Source of the DNA: Octopus bimaculoides | Taxonomy: Eukaryota | Direction of reading: 5' to 3' | Assembly (NCBI RefSeq): GCF_001194135.2 | Contig: NC_068986.1 | Location: 11,485,443-11,549,442, forward strand | Length of the DNA: 64,000 bases | Notes under the pieces: model-generated | Databases searched by the model: none | Seen by the model: only the letters and a program-made list of their open reading frames with translations | What the model was told of the DNA's origin: nothing | Program-made: the position numbers and the translations under genes | Part shown: positions 40,881 through 53,335 of the stretch, piece by piece | Layout of the letters: every line of letters begins with the position of its first letter | Numbering within the stretch: position 1 is the stretch's first letter

Positions 40881-40963
40881 ATCGAGAATTCGATGCTAAC
40901 AAACATTGTGGTGTGAAAATAGCAAATGATAGTAAACCCTGCACCCGGTCTTTGACGTGTAAG
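40881..40963 (+). CDS. ATXN7: Ataxin-7 family exon, SCA7 domain part 1 (DREFDANKHCGVKIANDSKPCTRSLTCK)
   Basis: Acceptor gaaatttcag|, donor AAG|gtgagt, 83 bp, phase 1 to 0. The peptide matches the SCA7 signature REFDxxxHCGV...KPCTRSLTCK. Confidence 0.95.
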
Positions 40964-43192
40964 GTGAGTCAACTTTCTTGTTTGCAGGTTGCCAGAGATT
41001 ATCGTCGGGAGAAGGACTTAATTTAAGATATCAACTGTATTTTATGAGTCTCTTATCATTTCCTCTCATACCTTCCTTGGCTAAGTCTATAAGGACATAG
41101 ATTGCTGATTAAATTATCTGGAAGTGAACCATAATTCCAGTATAGCAGAATAGGTACCATTAGTATATTGTTGCAGGTAAGATGGTACAGTATAAACGAT
41201 GAGTTCTTTATCAGCTTTTTGTACTCCACTAAAATACTTATATCTGGGCCTGAGGAAACATGAATCCAGTCATGTTTATCCACTTTCAGATTATTTCAGG
41301 AAGATGAAGTTTCATCGATAGCACTATAAAAACATTTTGAGTTAGTAAGCTTATTAGATCCCTGTTTTTTAGAAGTTAAACTTGGAAATCTTTTTCTTTT
41401 ATTAATTCTCCCCCTTGCCCCGACTGGTTCCTGTGCTGGTGGCACATAAAAAAGCACCATCCGATTGTGGTTGATGCCAGCCCCCACTGGCCCCTGTGCC
41501 GGTGGCACGTAAAAAGCACACTCTTGGAATGGTTGGCGTTAGGAAAGGCATCCAGCTATGGAAACACTGCCAGATCAGACTGGAGCCTGGTGCAGCCTCC
41601 TGGTTTCCCAGACCCCAGTTGAACTGTCGAACCCATACCAGCATGGAAGATGGATGTTAAATGATGATGATATTTTTAGAAAACCATTTGAATATAGGAT
41701 TAATTTATTGAATAAGGAAAAGCTTTTGTAAAAAAATGTATTTTTAAACTGAAAGTTTTTCAATATTTTAAATCAACTTATATTCTTTATATATATAGAT
41801 ATATAGATGGCAGCTGCTTCATAAAGCTTGCAAAAGTAGAACATTGCTGGTAATAGCAGTGTTAGAGCATTTATAGTTTCTCAAACTACATTGAATGAAC
41901 TTATTCTATATTGAAATAAAATTGAAATCACAGGTTGTATATACAAAGAACTTAACTGCTATATCAGCCACAGACAAAAAAAAATTACAAAAATCACAGT
42001 GGTAGCAGTCTCTAAGGCCTATTACTTTAGTTATGTGGGTAGGTGACTGTGATTGGCCCATTTTGTTATTGGTCAATGGGTACTGCTAAGACAGTAGGTT
42101 AATCACTTGTTCTGCTGTACCATGGATGTTTCCAGAAGCAAGTGCCTCACCTTCAGTACACTTACCACCTCTCCACTTGTGGATATGCCGCGAAGGAAAG
42201 ACAAGTCAATACATGTTTGTGACACGTGTGGAACCACAAGGAATGCCAGATATTACTTATGAATAACTGTACATATCTGCCTTAGGGTTCCTCTCTGTAT
42301 ATTCTATAAGGGTTTACCACCTTAGCCTTTTTATAAATTCTCAATAAATTACCCCATAAGGCAGCAGAGTTTTATTGTTGTTGTGGGTATTTTTGTGCAG
42401 AGCCAGTGCCATTTTCTCCTTCAGACTTATATTGGTCTTATATACCAGGTAACACAAACCCAGTAGTTATCAGAATGCAAAATTTGTATGGAGTTTCCTT
42501 TGCCCCCTCTAAAAGACCAAATGCTTATTTAATTACAAAACTGTGAATATGTTTATTATAGTATCCACATTGCAAAGCAGTGAGCTGCACTAGCGTAGCT
42601 AGAGCATGTGCTGCCTACCACCCCCAGACCCTACAAAAAACACATATTGCCTACAGCAGACCCAATGGTGGTGCCCCTTTAAAAGTGCCCCCCATCCCCA
42701 TGCTATTGGTGAGCTGGCAGAATTTTTAGTACATTGGATAAAATGCTCAACAGCATTCCTTCCAGCTCTTTATATTCTGAGTCCAAAATCTTGTTACAGT
42801 CTTCTTTACCTTTGTTATTTAGGGGTCAATAAAATAAAGGACCACTCAAGTCTTGGGGTTGATGTAATTGACTAACACCCTGCTGTCCTTGTGTCAGAAC
42901 TTGAAGCCATTAGGTTCTCCATCAATGTATATTGTTAAAACCTCTGAAGACTTTCAGTTATTTTATGTTAATTTCTGTCAATTAATACAAAGGTTCTGTC
43001 AAAATGGGAAATGGTAAAAGGAAAACTTCTTAACTTGTAGTATTCGTGTTATAAATGGCTAAACTTTTACTTAATATAGGTTTGTGTTAATTTATTTAAT
43101 GCAGAGAGTTTTTAAAAAAATAAGAAGCTTATTAGAAATATGTATTGAGGAAAAAAAAATATTAATCAATAACTAATATTTTATTAATCTTT

Positions 43193-43485
43193 CCAGCAAG
43201 GACAAATGACAACTCTGAATGTGTTTGGTCTTATTCTGGCCTCATCAGCCATACAGAGTTTTCTCTACCATCCTTACTAAAGTTGTTAGTAAATTTTCCA
43301 GCAAGCACAGAGGACAACTCTGAACATATTTTGTCTTATTCTGGCCTCATCAGCAAAACAGACTTCTTTACCGTCCTTGCTACTGCAGTTAATTTTTTTC
43401 AGCAAGCACAGAGGACAACTCTGAATATGTTTGGTCTTATTCTGGCCTCATCAGCAAAACAGAGTCTTCATCACTGTACTTGCTG
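43193..43485 (-). repeat. Tandem array, ~3 x 101-105 bp, each unit with a decayed hammerhead-like core on the - strand
   Basis: The unit motif tcttattctggcctcatcag recurs, with TCATCAG at 43242, 43347 and 43448. Confidence 0.85.
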
Positions 43486-43588
43486 AAGGAGTGATAAAGG
43501 AGCATTAAGTGAGTGATTAACTGCATTAGTGTCTCTGGTGATGAATCCAGTTTCTAATGATGTTCTTTTTTGTTTTTTGTAATTCTAG

Positions 43589-44893
43589 ACTCATGCTTTG
43601 TCATTACGGAGAGCTGTGGTTGGACGCCGGAAACCTTTTGATGAACTCCTCAAAGATCATCGAGCTGCGAAGGAGGCCATCCAAAGAGAGAAAGTACATG
43701 CCCAGTATGTGGCTGCAGCACAGAGGGTGGCTGCACAGACAGCACCAGCATCAGGGTCGTTGGCTCACTCTGGGAATTGTTCAGGAAATAGCAACAGCAC
43801 ACCAAGTACTGCCAATACTATTCCGAGCAATACCAGTGCGAGTGTGAATGCTAGTGGTCTCCAAAGTTTGATTCCCACCCGATCCACTTCTTCGAACAGT
43901 AATAGCACTGGTGGTGTGGGAGGCGGAGGAGGAGGAGGTGGTGGCGGTGGTAGTGGTGGTGNNNNNNNNNNNNNNNNNNNNNNNNNNNNNNNNNNNNNNN
44001 NNNNNNNNNNNNNNNNNNNNNNNNNNNNNNNNNNNNNNNNNNNNNNNNNNNNNNNNNNNNNNNNNNNNNNNNNNNNNNNNNNNNNNNNNNNNNNNNNNNN
44101 NNNNNNNNNNNNNNNNNNNNNNNNNNNNNNNNNNNNNNNNNNNNNNNNNNNNNNNNNNNNNNNNNNNNNNNNNNNNNNNNNNNNNNNNNNNNNNNNNNNN
44201 NNNNNNNNNNNNNNNNNNNNNNNNNNNNNNNNNNNNNNNNNNNNNNNNNNNNNNNNNNNNNNNNNNNNNNNNNNNNNNNNNNNNNNNNNNNNNNNNNNNN
44301 NNNNNNNNNNNNNNNNNNNNNNNNNNNNNNNNNNNNNNNNNNNNNNNNNNNNNNNNNNNNNNNNNNNNNNNNNNNNNNNNNNNNNNNNNNNNNNNNNNNN
44401 NNNNNNNNNNNNNNNNNNNNNNNNNNNNNNNNNNNNNNNNNNNNNNNNNNNNNNNNNNNNNNNNNNNNNNNNNNNNNNNNNNNNNNNNNNNNNNNNNNNN
44501 NNNNNNNNNNNNNNNNNNNNNNNNNNNNNNNNNNNNNNNNNNNNNNNNNNNNNNNNNNNNNNNNNNNNNNNNNNNNNNNNNNNNNNNNNNNNNNNNNNNN
44601 NNNNNNNNNNNNNNNNNNNNNNNNNNNNNNNNNNNNNNNNNNNNNNNNNNNNNNNNNNNNNNNNNNNNNNNNNNNNNNNNNNNNNNNNNNNNNNNNNNNN
44701 NNNNNNNNNNNNNNNNNNNNNNNNNNNNNNNNNNNNNNNNNNNNNNNNNNNNNNNNNNNNNNNNNNNNNNNNNNNNNNNNNNNNNNNNNNNNNNNNNNNN
44801 NNNNNNNNNNNNNNNNNNNNNNNNNNNNNNNNNNNNNNNNNNNNNNNNNNNNNNNNNNNNNNNNNNACCTGCAGTAGTATTTCAGGGGTCCAT
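43589..44893 (+). CDS. ATXN7: Ataxin-7 family exon, SCA7 domain part 2 (THALSLRRAVVGRRKPFDELLKDHR), then Ala/Ser/Gly-rich region; interrupted by N gap 43962-44866
   Basis: Acceptor gtaattctag|43589 is phase 0 and completes C-X10-C-X5-C-X2-H. The 3' end is tentative: CAT|gtaaga at 44893 suits the phase-2 next exon if read as PAVVFQGS. The gap could hide an intron. Confidence 0.8.
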
Positions 44894-44951
44894 GTAAGAA
44901 TTTTGCTTTAGAGGTATTTGTAGCAAGAAGCCTTTCTCAGATGTTTTACAT

Positions 44952-45700
44952 AGGTGCAGTCATAGCTGTGTGATCAGAAGCTTGCTTCCCAACCACATGG
45001 TTCTGGGTTCAGTCCCTCTGTGTGGCACATTGGGCAAGTGTCTTCTACTATAGCCTCAGGCTGACTAAAGCCTTGTGAGTGGATTTGGTAGATGGAAACT
45101 GAAAGAAGCCTGTCATAAATATATATATATAGGTGCAGGCGTAGCTGTGTGGTAAGAAAGTTTGCTTCCCAACCACATGGTTCCAGGTTCAGTTCCACTG
45201 CATTGCAATTTGGGCAAGTGTCTGCTACTATATAATCTTAGGCTGACCAATGCCTAATGAGTAGATTTGGTAGACGGAAACTGAAAGAAGCCTGTCATAA
45301 ATATATATATATAGGTGCAGGCGTGGCTGTGTGGTAAGTAGCTTGCTTACCAACCACATGGTTCTGGGTTCAGTCCCACTGCGTGGCACCTGGGGCAATT
45401 GTCTTCTACTATAGCCTCAGGCTGACCGAAGCCTTGTGAATGCATTTAGTAGACGGAAACTGAAAGAAGCCTGCCGTATGTATGTGTGTGTGTGTGTGTG
45501 TGTTTCTTTCCTCACCACTGCTTGACAACCGGTGTTGGTGTGTTTGTGTCCCCATAACTTAGCAGTTTCACAAAAGAGACTGATAGAATAATTACTTTTT
45601 TTTAAAAAAGTACTCGGGTCAATTCATTCAACTAAAAATTCAAAGTGGTGCCCCAGCATGGCCATAGTCTAGTGACTAAAACAAGCAAGAGATAAAAGAT
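44952..45700 (+). mobile_element. tRNA-derived SINE family 2 (CORE-like motif), head-to-tail trimer
   Basis: Units start at 44952, 45131 and 45313. Each has GGCTGTGTGGTAAG..GGTTCAGTCCC..GGCACCTTGGGCAAGTGTCTTCT. Other copies at ~11180-11560, 12255-12510, 17265-17510, 17745-18085, 19045-19430, 46860-47230 and 56480-56640. Confidence 0.85.
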
Positions 45701-47674
45701 AGTTCAATTTACAAAAGTAAATATGTGAGAAACAAAATTTCAGGGGAAAAAGCATCTATAAAACTAGTTTTTAAGCATCGAATAGCTTATGCAGGGTCGC
45801 CAGAATAAAATAGCAATCAAAGGGATCCCTAGTTTAAAAAATGGTTCAGAACACTGTAAGCCAATTACATTGGTCCCAGAGTTCAACTGCTACTTATTTT
45901 ATCGACCCTGAAAGGACGAAATGTAAAGTTGACCGTGGCAGAATTTCTATTCAGAACTGGCACGTAAAAACCACCCACTACACTCTCGGAGTGGTTGGCA
46001 TTAGGAAGGGCATCCAACTGTAGAAAGATTGCCAGATCAGATTGGAGCCTCCTGGCTTGCCAGTCCTCAGTCAAACCGTCCAACCCATGCCAGCATGGAA
46101 AGCGGACGTTAAACGATGAGGATTGATGTTGATGATGAACGTAAAGTCAGCTGAAATAATGCTAAGCATTTTGCCTGGCATGCTAACAATTCTGCCAGTT
46201 ACAAGGGGAGGGATTAAATTGATTATATTGACTTCTGTGTTCAACTGATACTTTTATTATCTGCCCCGAAAGAGATGACAGGCAAAGCTGACCTCAGTGG
46301 AATTTGAACTCAGAACATAAAGATGGACAAAATGCTGCTAAGCATTTCACCCAGCATGCTAACAGTTCTGCCAGTCCACCTCCTTAGAATGACAGAAAAT
46401 ATTGATAGTAAATAAAATACCTGAGCAGTCCTTCAAGCTTTGAATGACATTCTGAACTGTTTAATAAAGGTTATGATTTATTTGACAAGTGGTATGGCAA
46501 CATACATAACAGATGGTGTTAGTTGCTGTTCTTTACGAAACAAATTAAACCAATTCACTTCCAGATACGATGTTATTGTTGTAGTAATGTTATTTGCATG
46601 CATTTTGCTGCCTGCTCCTACAGGATTAGTTCTGTTTCATGTAGCTACTCGTTCAATGTAACAGCTTGGCCCATTAGTTGAATAAAACTTCTGAACAGAA
46701 AGGATCACTTGTGACTGATTCTCTTGGCATAAACACTAGCTGGCATAATAGAAGTTAAATTTTATGATGTCTCCAACCTTGTGTTTAATATATAGATAAG
46801 GAATTTCTTCACACTAGCAAGTAAATTAAATTTCAGGCTATTTTGTGTTCTTCACACAAAAATTCATACAATATGAAGAAATTTGTGGTTGTGTGGTAAG
46901 AAATTTGTTTTCCAACCACATGATTCCAGGTTCAGTCCCATTGCATGGCACCTTGGGCAAGTGTCTTCTGCTAAACCATCGGGCTGACCAAAACCTTGTG
47001 AGTGGATTTGGGAAATTAAAAGAAGCCTGTTGTGTGTGTGTGTGTGTTTTTATCTCTGTGTTTATGTCTCTTGTAACTTAGCTGTGTGGCAAAAAGCACT
47101 GATAGAACAAGTACCAGTTATTAAAAATCATATAATAGGTCCTGGGGTTGATTTATTCAACTGATAATTCTTCGAGGTGGTGCCCCAGCATGGCCACAGT
47201 TTATTGACTGAAACAAATAAACGATAAAAGATAGTGAACCATTTTGTTACTGTACGTCTGTTGAAATACAGTTGTTTCAATTAATTTTGAAGAAAATAAA
47301 CAATTTAGTAAAATAACTTCGTTATTATTAGGATGGTGTTTAGAACATAAATGAACATGAGATTTTGGTGGGAATTTTAATTTAGATCACCTAAAAACAA
47401 GAAATTTGTATCATAGAACCAGAGCTAGTCTCAGGTGGATTGGTGCCAAAAAGGTTAAACATCAGTAGCCTTTTAAATAACACAATATAGTTGTGGCTAA
47501 AAGAACCTGGTTGATAAATGTGTGTTTGTTGAAGATTATATATACTGACTGTACTTAGTTGTATTTAAGTCACACTGTTTTATACTTAATTTTGACTGAA
47601 TAATTTGAGCTGCAAAGAATACGTGAAACGAAGTTAAAACTAAGAAGGGAAAGAAATTTTGTACCAACATTTAA

Positions 47675-48182
47675 CCGTTTGGCATTCAGATTACTCTTTC
47701 AGTTGTAACGCTTATTTATTCACATTGATTTGAATTAATCGTGTGTTATCTTAATCATCCTCATCATTTAGCATTTGTAGTCCATGGGTTGGACAGTTTG
47801 ACCAGGGCTGGCAAATTGTGGGGCTGTGCCAGCCTCCAGTCTGATTTGGCATGGTTTTGACGGCTGGATGCCCTTCCTAATGCCAACTGCTCCGTGAGTG
47901 TAATGGGTGCTTTTACATGCTACTGGTATGGGTAACTACCAGTATCTACCATGACTATAATTTCACTTGGCTTGATGGGTCTTCTACTCAAGCATGGCAT
48001 AATACCAAAGGTCTCAGTCATTTGTCATTGCCTCTGTGAGGCCCAGCACTCGAATGGTGCTTTTTTTGTGCCACCGGCATGGACATTTCATGGAAATTCT
48101 AAGTGTGAGAAGCTAGATCTGGTCAGTTTGAACATAAAATGGAATATTTTGGCCGGATATGGCCAATTTAAATGCTAAAGGG
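47675..48182 (+). mobile_element. piggyBac-like MITE (family B), split by a retroposon insertion
   Basis: TTAA-CCGTTTGGCATT ... AATGCTAAAGGG-TTAA. Other copies at ~20278-20440 (-), ~26545-26753 and ~26930-27113. Confidence 0.75.
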
Positions 48183-48307
48183 TTAAAACTAAATTAAGAA
48201 TGCCCCTTATATTCATGAGTAAATATGGTAATTTTTGCTTTATTTCTGATTGTTGTGAGTGTTTTCACTTCCACTTTCAAAGTGACTATTTGTTTTTCTT
48301 CTCTTAG

Positions 48308-48488
48308 CAGTCATCATGTTCATCAAACCACAACTGCTGCTCATATTAAGGAGGAAAATCTCAGTTCTATTAGCTCCCATACTACAACAGAATGTTGTAC
48401 TCGATTGTCCAGTGAAGAAGAAGGAGATGAGTCACACAGTAGTAAATCTGGCTTCACTTATTTGAATCACCATCCACGACCAGTAGCT
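48308..48488 (+). CDS. ATXN7: Ataxin-7 family exon (SHHVHQ...RLSSEEEGDES...NHHPRPVA)
   Basis: Acceptor tttttcttctcttag|cag (NAGNAG, 48308 or 48311, phase 2), donor GCT|gtaagt. RLSSEEEG and HHPRP correspond to conserved ATXN7-family blocks. Confidence 0.88.
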
Positions 48489-50580
48489 GTAAGTAAAATT
48501 TTTGCTATTAGAACCAAATATCATATTGATAATAATTAGAAATATAGATGTTGCTTGTGATTGCCCTTTCGAAACTGGTCTTATTTCTGTAAAAATGGGA
48601 GATAATTTAACGAAAACAAATATGGCTGTGAGTGGACAGTAATTTTTAAAAATTTAATATATTATTTTAAAAGAATAAATTTTACATGCTTAGTCATGAC
48701 TGGAAGTATTTTGGAACTGAAAGTAAGTTATTTCTGTGTAAACCTTGGGTTTCAATATGAATTAGAAATCGAATGAGAGGAATGTCTATAATGAAATTTT
48801 GATGGAATGCTTTGACTTGCTTAGTTGCTAATAAACATATGAACAAAATTCTAGTAGTTTTCACTGCTTAACTCTCTCAACATAAGTGGCTGGTGTTTTT
48901 TAACTACTAATGCACAGTGGTTGAAACTTGAGTGGCCAATTTTTGGGCCACTATGTGTATATGTTTATAAACTAATTTCTTATTGCCTAGCAACAGAACA
49001 TTCAACCACAGAGCTTGCTTCATCTGCTTTTTGGCCTGCATTGTTTGTGGAATACCCCCACCTCCTCACTTCCTGGCATCCCATGATTGTTTTTGTATAT
49101 TTTTGCCAGTTGGCACTAAAAATGATAGATAAATATTTTATTATGGATCAGGGAGTTTTCTGATTCTGGGAATGAAAGCAATGTCAGTGAGTCTGACTAT
49201 GATCAGGATGACAGCCAGTCTGTTGCAGCCATGCATTTGGCTGGTGTTCAGCCCAGTACACAATGACGTAGTTGTCATGGCAGAAGTGGCACTGGTACCC
49301 CTACTAGAGATGTTTCTCCCACTGGGCCCTTTCAAATAAGAATATTCCTAGCACAGTTATACCTGAGAACCATTCACCCTGTCAAACAAGGTTTTAAAAT
49401 GATGATTTTGAGTAATTGACTTTGTACAGAACGAAACTACAAGACAGGCAAACAGGCTGATTGCTCTGATACCTGATGGCTATATTGCAAAAGTGCTGCC
49501 TGACTGGCTCTCCATGTCGGTGGCACATAAAAAGCACCATCCAAACGTGGTTGATGCCAGTGCCGCCTGCCTGGTTCCCATGCTGGTGGCACATAAAAAG
49601 CAACCACTACACTCTTGGAGTGTTTGGCATTAGGAAGGGCATCCAACTGTAGAAACCCTGCCAAATCAGATTGGAGCCTGGTGCAGCCTCTTGACTCTCC
49701 AGTCTGCAGTCAAACTATTCAACCCATGCCAGCATGGAAAATAGACATTAAACGATGATGATGATTTCTCTCACTGTACCTGAACTCAAAATAGTCTTTC
49801 ATTTCAATGGACTTAGTTCAATATCTTTTGTAAGGTCATGGTCTTGATTCCTAGATTGGGCAGTGTATTCTGTTTTTGAGTAAAATACTTCATTTTACAT
49901 TACTCCACAACTGTAAATGAGTTCCAGCAACAGTTAGGAAGTTAACCCTGCAAAGGACTAGCATCCCATTCAGCGGGTGTGTTGTAATCTCAGTCTCTTT
50001 TATACCATTGAAACCAGATTAAGTTTTGGCTTCATGATTCCTAGGGCTCGTAACAGGGCTAAGTCTCAATCTCATAAGGTGGTACGAAACTAGATCAATT
50101 ATGAAATGGTTTGAAGTATTCATCTGAAAAAGACTCTTGACTAAGCTGTAGAAAAACAGTTTAGGAATTGGTAAGTTTATATTTAGACGATATGTGGTTT
50201 TGGGTGGTGGTTTTCCTTCTATAACTCCCTCTATCACAGAGTAGACGTTCCAGCAATATTCTGCAGGTAAACATTAAATCCTAGATTTCTAAAATAAGAA
50301 GAAATGAAAGTTATGACTCAAATGCATTTCACAATTGCAGATAAACTACAACCAAAAGTTGAAACTTGGCCATCAGGAATTTATCGTCATCATCACAATT
50401 TAATGTCCATTTTGCATGCTGACATGGGTTGGACAGTTTGACAGGAGCTGGCAAGCTAGAGAGATGCACCAGACTCCAGTTGTCTGTTTTGGCATGGTTT
50501 CTATAGCTGGATGCCCTTCCTAATGCCAACCACTCTACAGAGTGTACTGGGTGACTCAGCAACAAGGAGATGTTTGTGTG

Positions 50581-50622
<42 letters not shown>

Positions 50623-51349
50623 TATATATATATATATAAATAAATAAATATATATATATANNNNNNNNNNNNNNNNNNNNNNNNTATTCTTGTCACTGGG
50701 TCTGGAGGAAAAAACAGTGTCCATGACCTTTACAGTCTCTTCAGAATCGGTGAGGTTGATTATGCTAACTCCTATTACTGCAGAAAGCAGTTTTATATAC
50801 CAATATATCTTTCGCTAAAGGATGTCATACTTGTAACTATTTTCTGTTGAGTTGAGTTTGAGATAACATGAATTGAAGAAAATCGCAGTTTTATTTTTTT
50901 GGTAGATTTAACATCATTACTGAAATAATCAAGACATTTGATTTTGCAGTTAATGTTCGATTTAAATTCTTGCAGATTAGCAGCATCTGCAGCAAAGACA
51001 GGAACATAGAAAAGATTCTAAAGCGACAGTCATCTGGGGAAAGAAGGATAAAGCATAGTGATTAGTGTGGTGGAGGTGGGGCACAAGAAGAATAACTAGA
51101 GGCAGGGAATGTTTACATGGGTTTAAGGTGCTTCAAATTGGCTTGCTTCCTGTCTTGACAACAAGCACACAACAGAAAACTATCTTGTTTGTGTGTGTGA
51201 ATGAATGACAAGAGAACAGGAATGTCATAATCAACTTCATTAGCTTACACCTGTTTCTGGTATAAGGTGCCATGCACTCAGGTGAGTGCTTATGCAGCAT
51301 TTTATAACTTCCTCAGAGCCATTAAAAAGTGTATATACATACATGTATG

Positions 51350-51380
<31 letters not shown>

Positions 51381-51498
51381 CTATATTTATAAGATATTTT
51401 TTTTTACAATGCTATTTCTATTTTTATATTTTCATTTTCTTTTGTCTTCTCATATTCATAATTTCAAAGTATAATAAAAACAATCATTTCCATTGCAG

Positions 51499-51620
51499 AT
51501 GTGTACATTTGGAGGTCGGTTTTTGAAAAACGGAGTCTGTTTATTTAACAGAAAAAGTGATTTAGTTCAATCTGCTCTCTATAATGTATTGGAACGACTA
51601 AATCATCCGCCTCCACATAA
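51499..51620 (+). CDS. ATXN7: Ataxin-7 family exon (MCTFGGRFLKNGVCLFNRKSDLVQSALYNVLERLNHPPPHK)
   Basis: Acceptor tttccattgcag|, donor AA|gtaagt, 122 bp, phase 0 to 2. Continues HHPRPVA into CTFGxR as in ATXN7/ATXN7L1. Too short for the ORF track. Confidence 0.92.
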
Positions 51621-52029
51621 GTAAGTTTCATTTTAAATTGTTTGTTCCTCGTGTATTTCTGTTTAGATGCCAACATATTACGGCTTCTGCAAATATGGAG
51701 CTTTGTTTGTAGAGAAATAATACATTTCTAAATCTCTCTGAGAGATTTATACAGTAGTAACACGATAAAGTGGTGATATGTTGTCAACTTAATGTGACAG
51801 TTCCATGAAAGGGAAGAATACTACTGCTATTTAGCCCTAGGAAGCACCGCTTCCTGTTGGCCTTGACACATTTCCTGTGTCCTTATGTTTACAAAGGGGG
51901 AGATAAGCACCTCCACCCAGCAAGACTTCCAGATTATGTACTTTCAATTTGGACACTTTATAGTTATCATCATCATTTAACATTTAATTTCCCATGCTTC
52001 CATGGGTCAGACTTTGTTGAGGCTGGATG

Positions 52030-52266
52030 CAATAGTTCTCAACCTTATGACCCCTGAGAGTTCACAAGATTTTGTTGCTGAAATTTACCTGCAATAAACT
52101 GGTTGTACTTGTGCAATACATAAAATATATTAATTTTTTTTTATGCAGTTCCTAATAATATTTAATTCTAAAAGTATAATAGGATTTTTTTATGACTATG
52201 AGGGTCTAACCGAGCAAACCAGGAATCAAAGGGGCTCCATAGGTCAACAATGGTTGAGATCCACTT
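52030..52266. mobile_element. hAT-type MITE (decayed CAGTGGTTCTCAACC ends)
   Basis: CAATAGTTCTCAACC ... GGTTGAGATCCACTT. No clear TSD. Confidence 0.5.
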
Positions 52267-53335
52267 CTTTAGAGGATGTAATGACCAAATGGAAATTAAG
52301 ACCAGCCCCATGTGGGAAGGGGAGATAATCTGATGAATTGCCAAGTTTCCAAAGTTGACATGGCATTAAGGAAACACAGACTTGTTGTCTGGAGGTAAGA
52401 GGACAGTCACGAACACATGTTTAATGCCCTCAACAGGTGTCATCAGCTGGACTATTGTCCTACCTTATCTCCAGTTATAAAGGGACATAGACTTTTACAA
52501 AATTGGTGGTACACATAGCCTGGATAGGCTATCAGCTCATTGTCAAATACACCCACTTGTGATTTCTTCCTCTTACCTTTTAAGATCTTATACTTCCCTG
52601 TTATAGGCTGTTGTGATGATGAAGACTTATACTTGTATTTATGTGTGTCCTTTTATCAATATCTATTTGTCAAGCTGTTAAGTTACGAGACATAAAAGAA
52701 GTATGATGTCCATTGATTGAAACCAGTGAAATAAAAAGAACACCTTAGGAAGAGATGACCTCTGTCAGGTTAATTCGCTCTAGAATTGGTACATAAACAC
52801 AAGGTTTTTTTAAGTGGTGCCCTCTGTGTGTTGTTATGAATCTCGTTTATTTTTTTAACCATATTTTGTGGCATGGAAGATGCACCTTGATTTTGGAAAT
52901 TTTAGAGAAAAGAATTTTTTATGCTTACCAAAGCCCCAACCGTACAATTGATCAGTGCCCAGTTGGGCTCACACTGAATGCCTGATAACAGACAAAACTG
53001 GCAGAGAAACCAGCATGCTCATGCCAGTCATTGAGCAAAATCACCAAACAATGGCCATCTGTCTGGTACTTGGCTGCTCTTCATTTTAACTGTCCGGCAA
53101 TTCTTAAGTAGCATCATGGAAGATGCGTGGTAATTTTCAAACTAGTGTGTCTGTTATGTTGACAAATACAGCAGCAGTTTACTCTATGTGCAGTGAAAAA
53201 TGTCTTAATTTATCAATAAATGTCTTATTTATCAATAAATTATTCAATGTCACTTTTGTAACATATCCCAAATTGTAGGGTTTGCAATAACCCAAGACTA
53301 ATAATTAATGTTATTGATAATAAATGATTGTTATA

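Noticed and set aside
28320-43485. CRISPR-like repeat spacing (66-bp and 105-bp units)
   Set aside because: The context is eukaryotic, and whole units are homologous with no unique spacers or cas genes.
49140-49380. Acidic stretch DSGNESNVSESDYDQDD resembling a piggyBac transposase N-terminus
   Set aside because: Composition only. No catalytic motif or TIR was identified.
50976-51065. Possible alternative terminal exon (ttcttgcag|ISSICSKDRN...SD*)
   Set aside because: There is no family similarity, and it would truncate the conserved HHPRP-CTFG block.
52330-52446. Two further CTGATGA motifs (52330 +, ~52446 -) with nearby hairpins and AAAC
   Set aside because: Stem II to GAAA spacing is wrong or G12 is missing and stem I is unconvincing. 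At most a very old PLE remnant.
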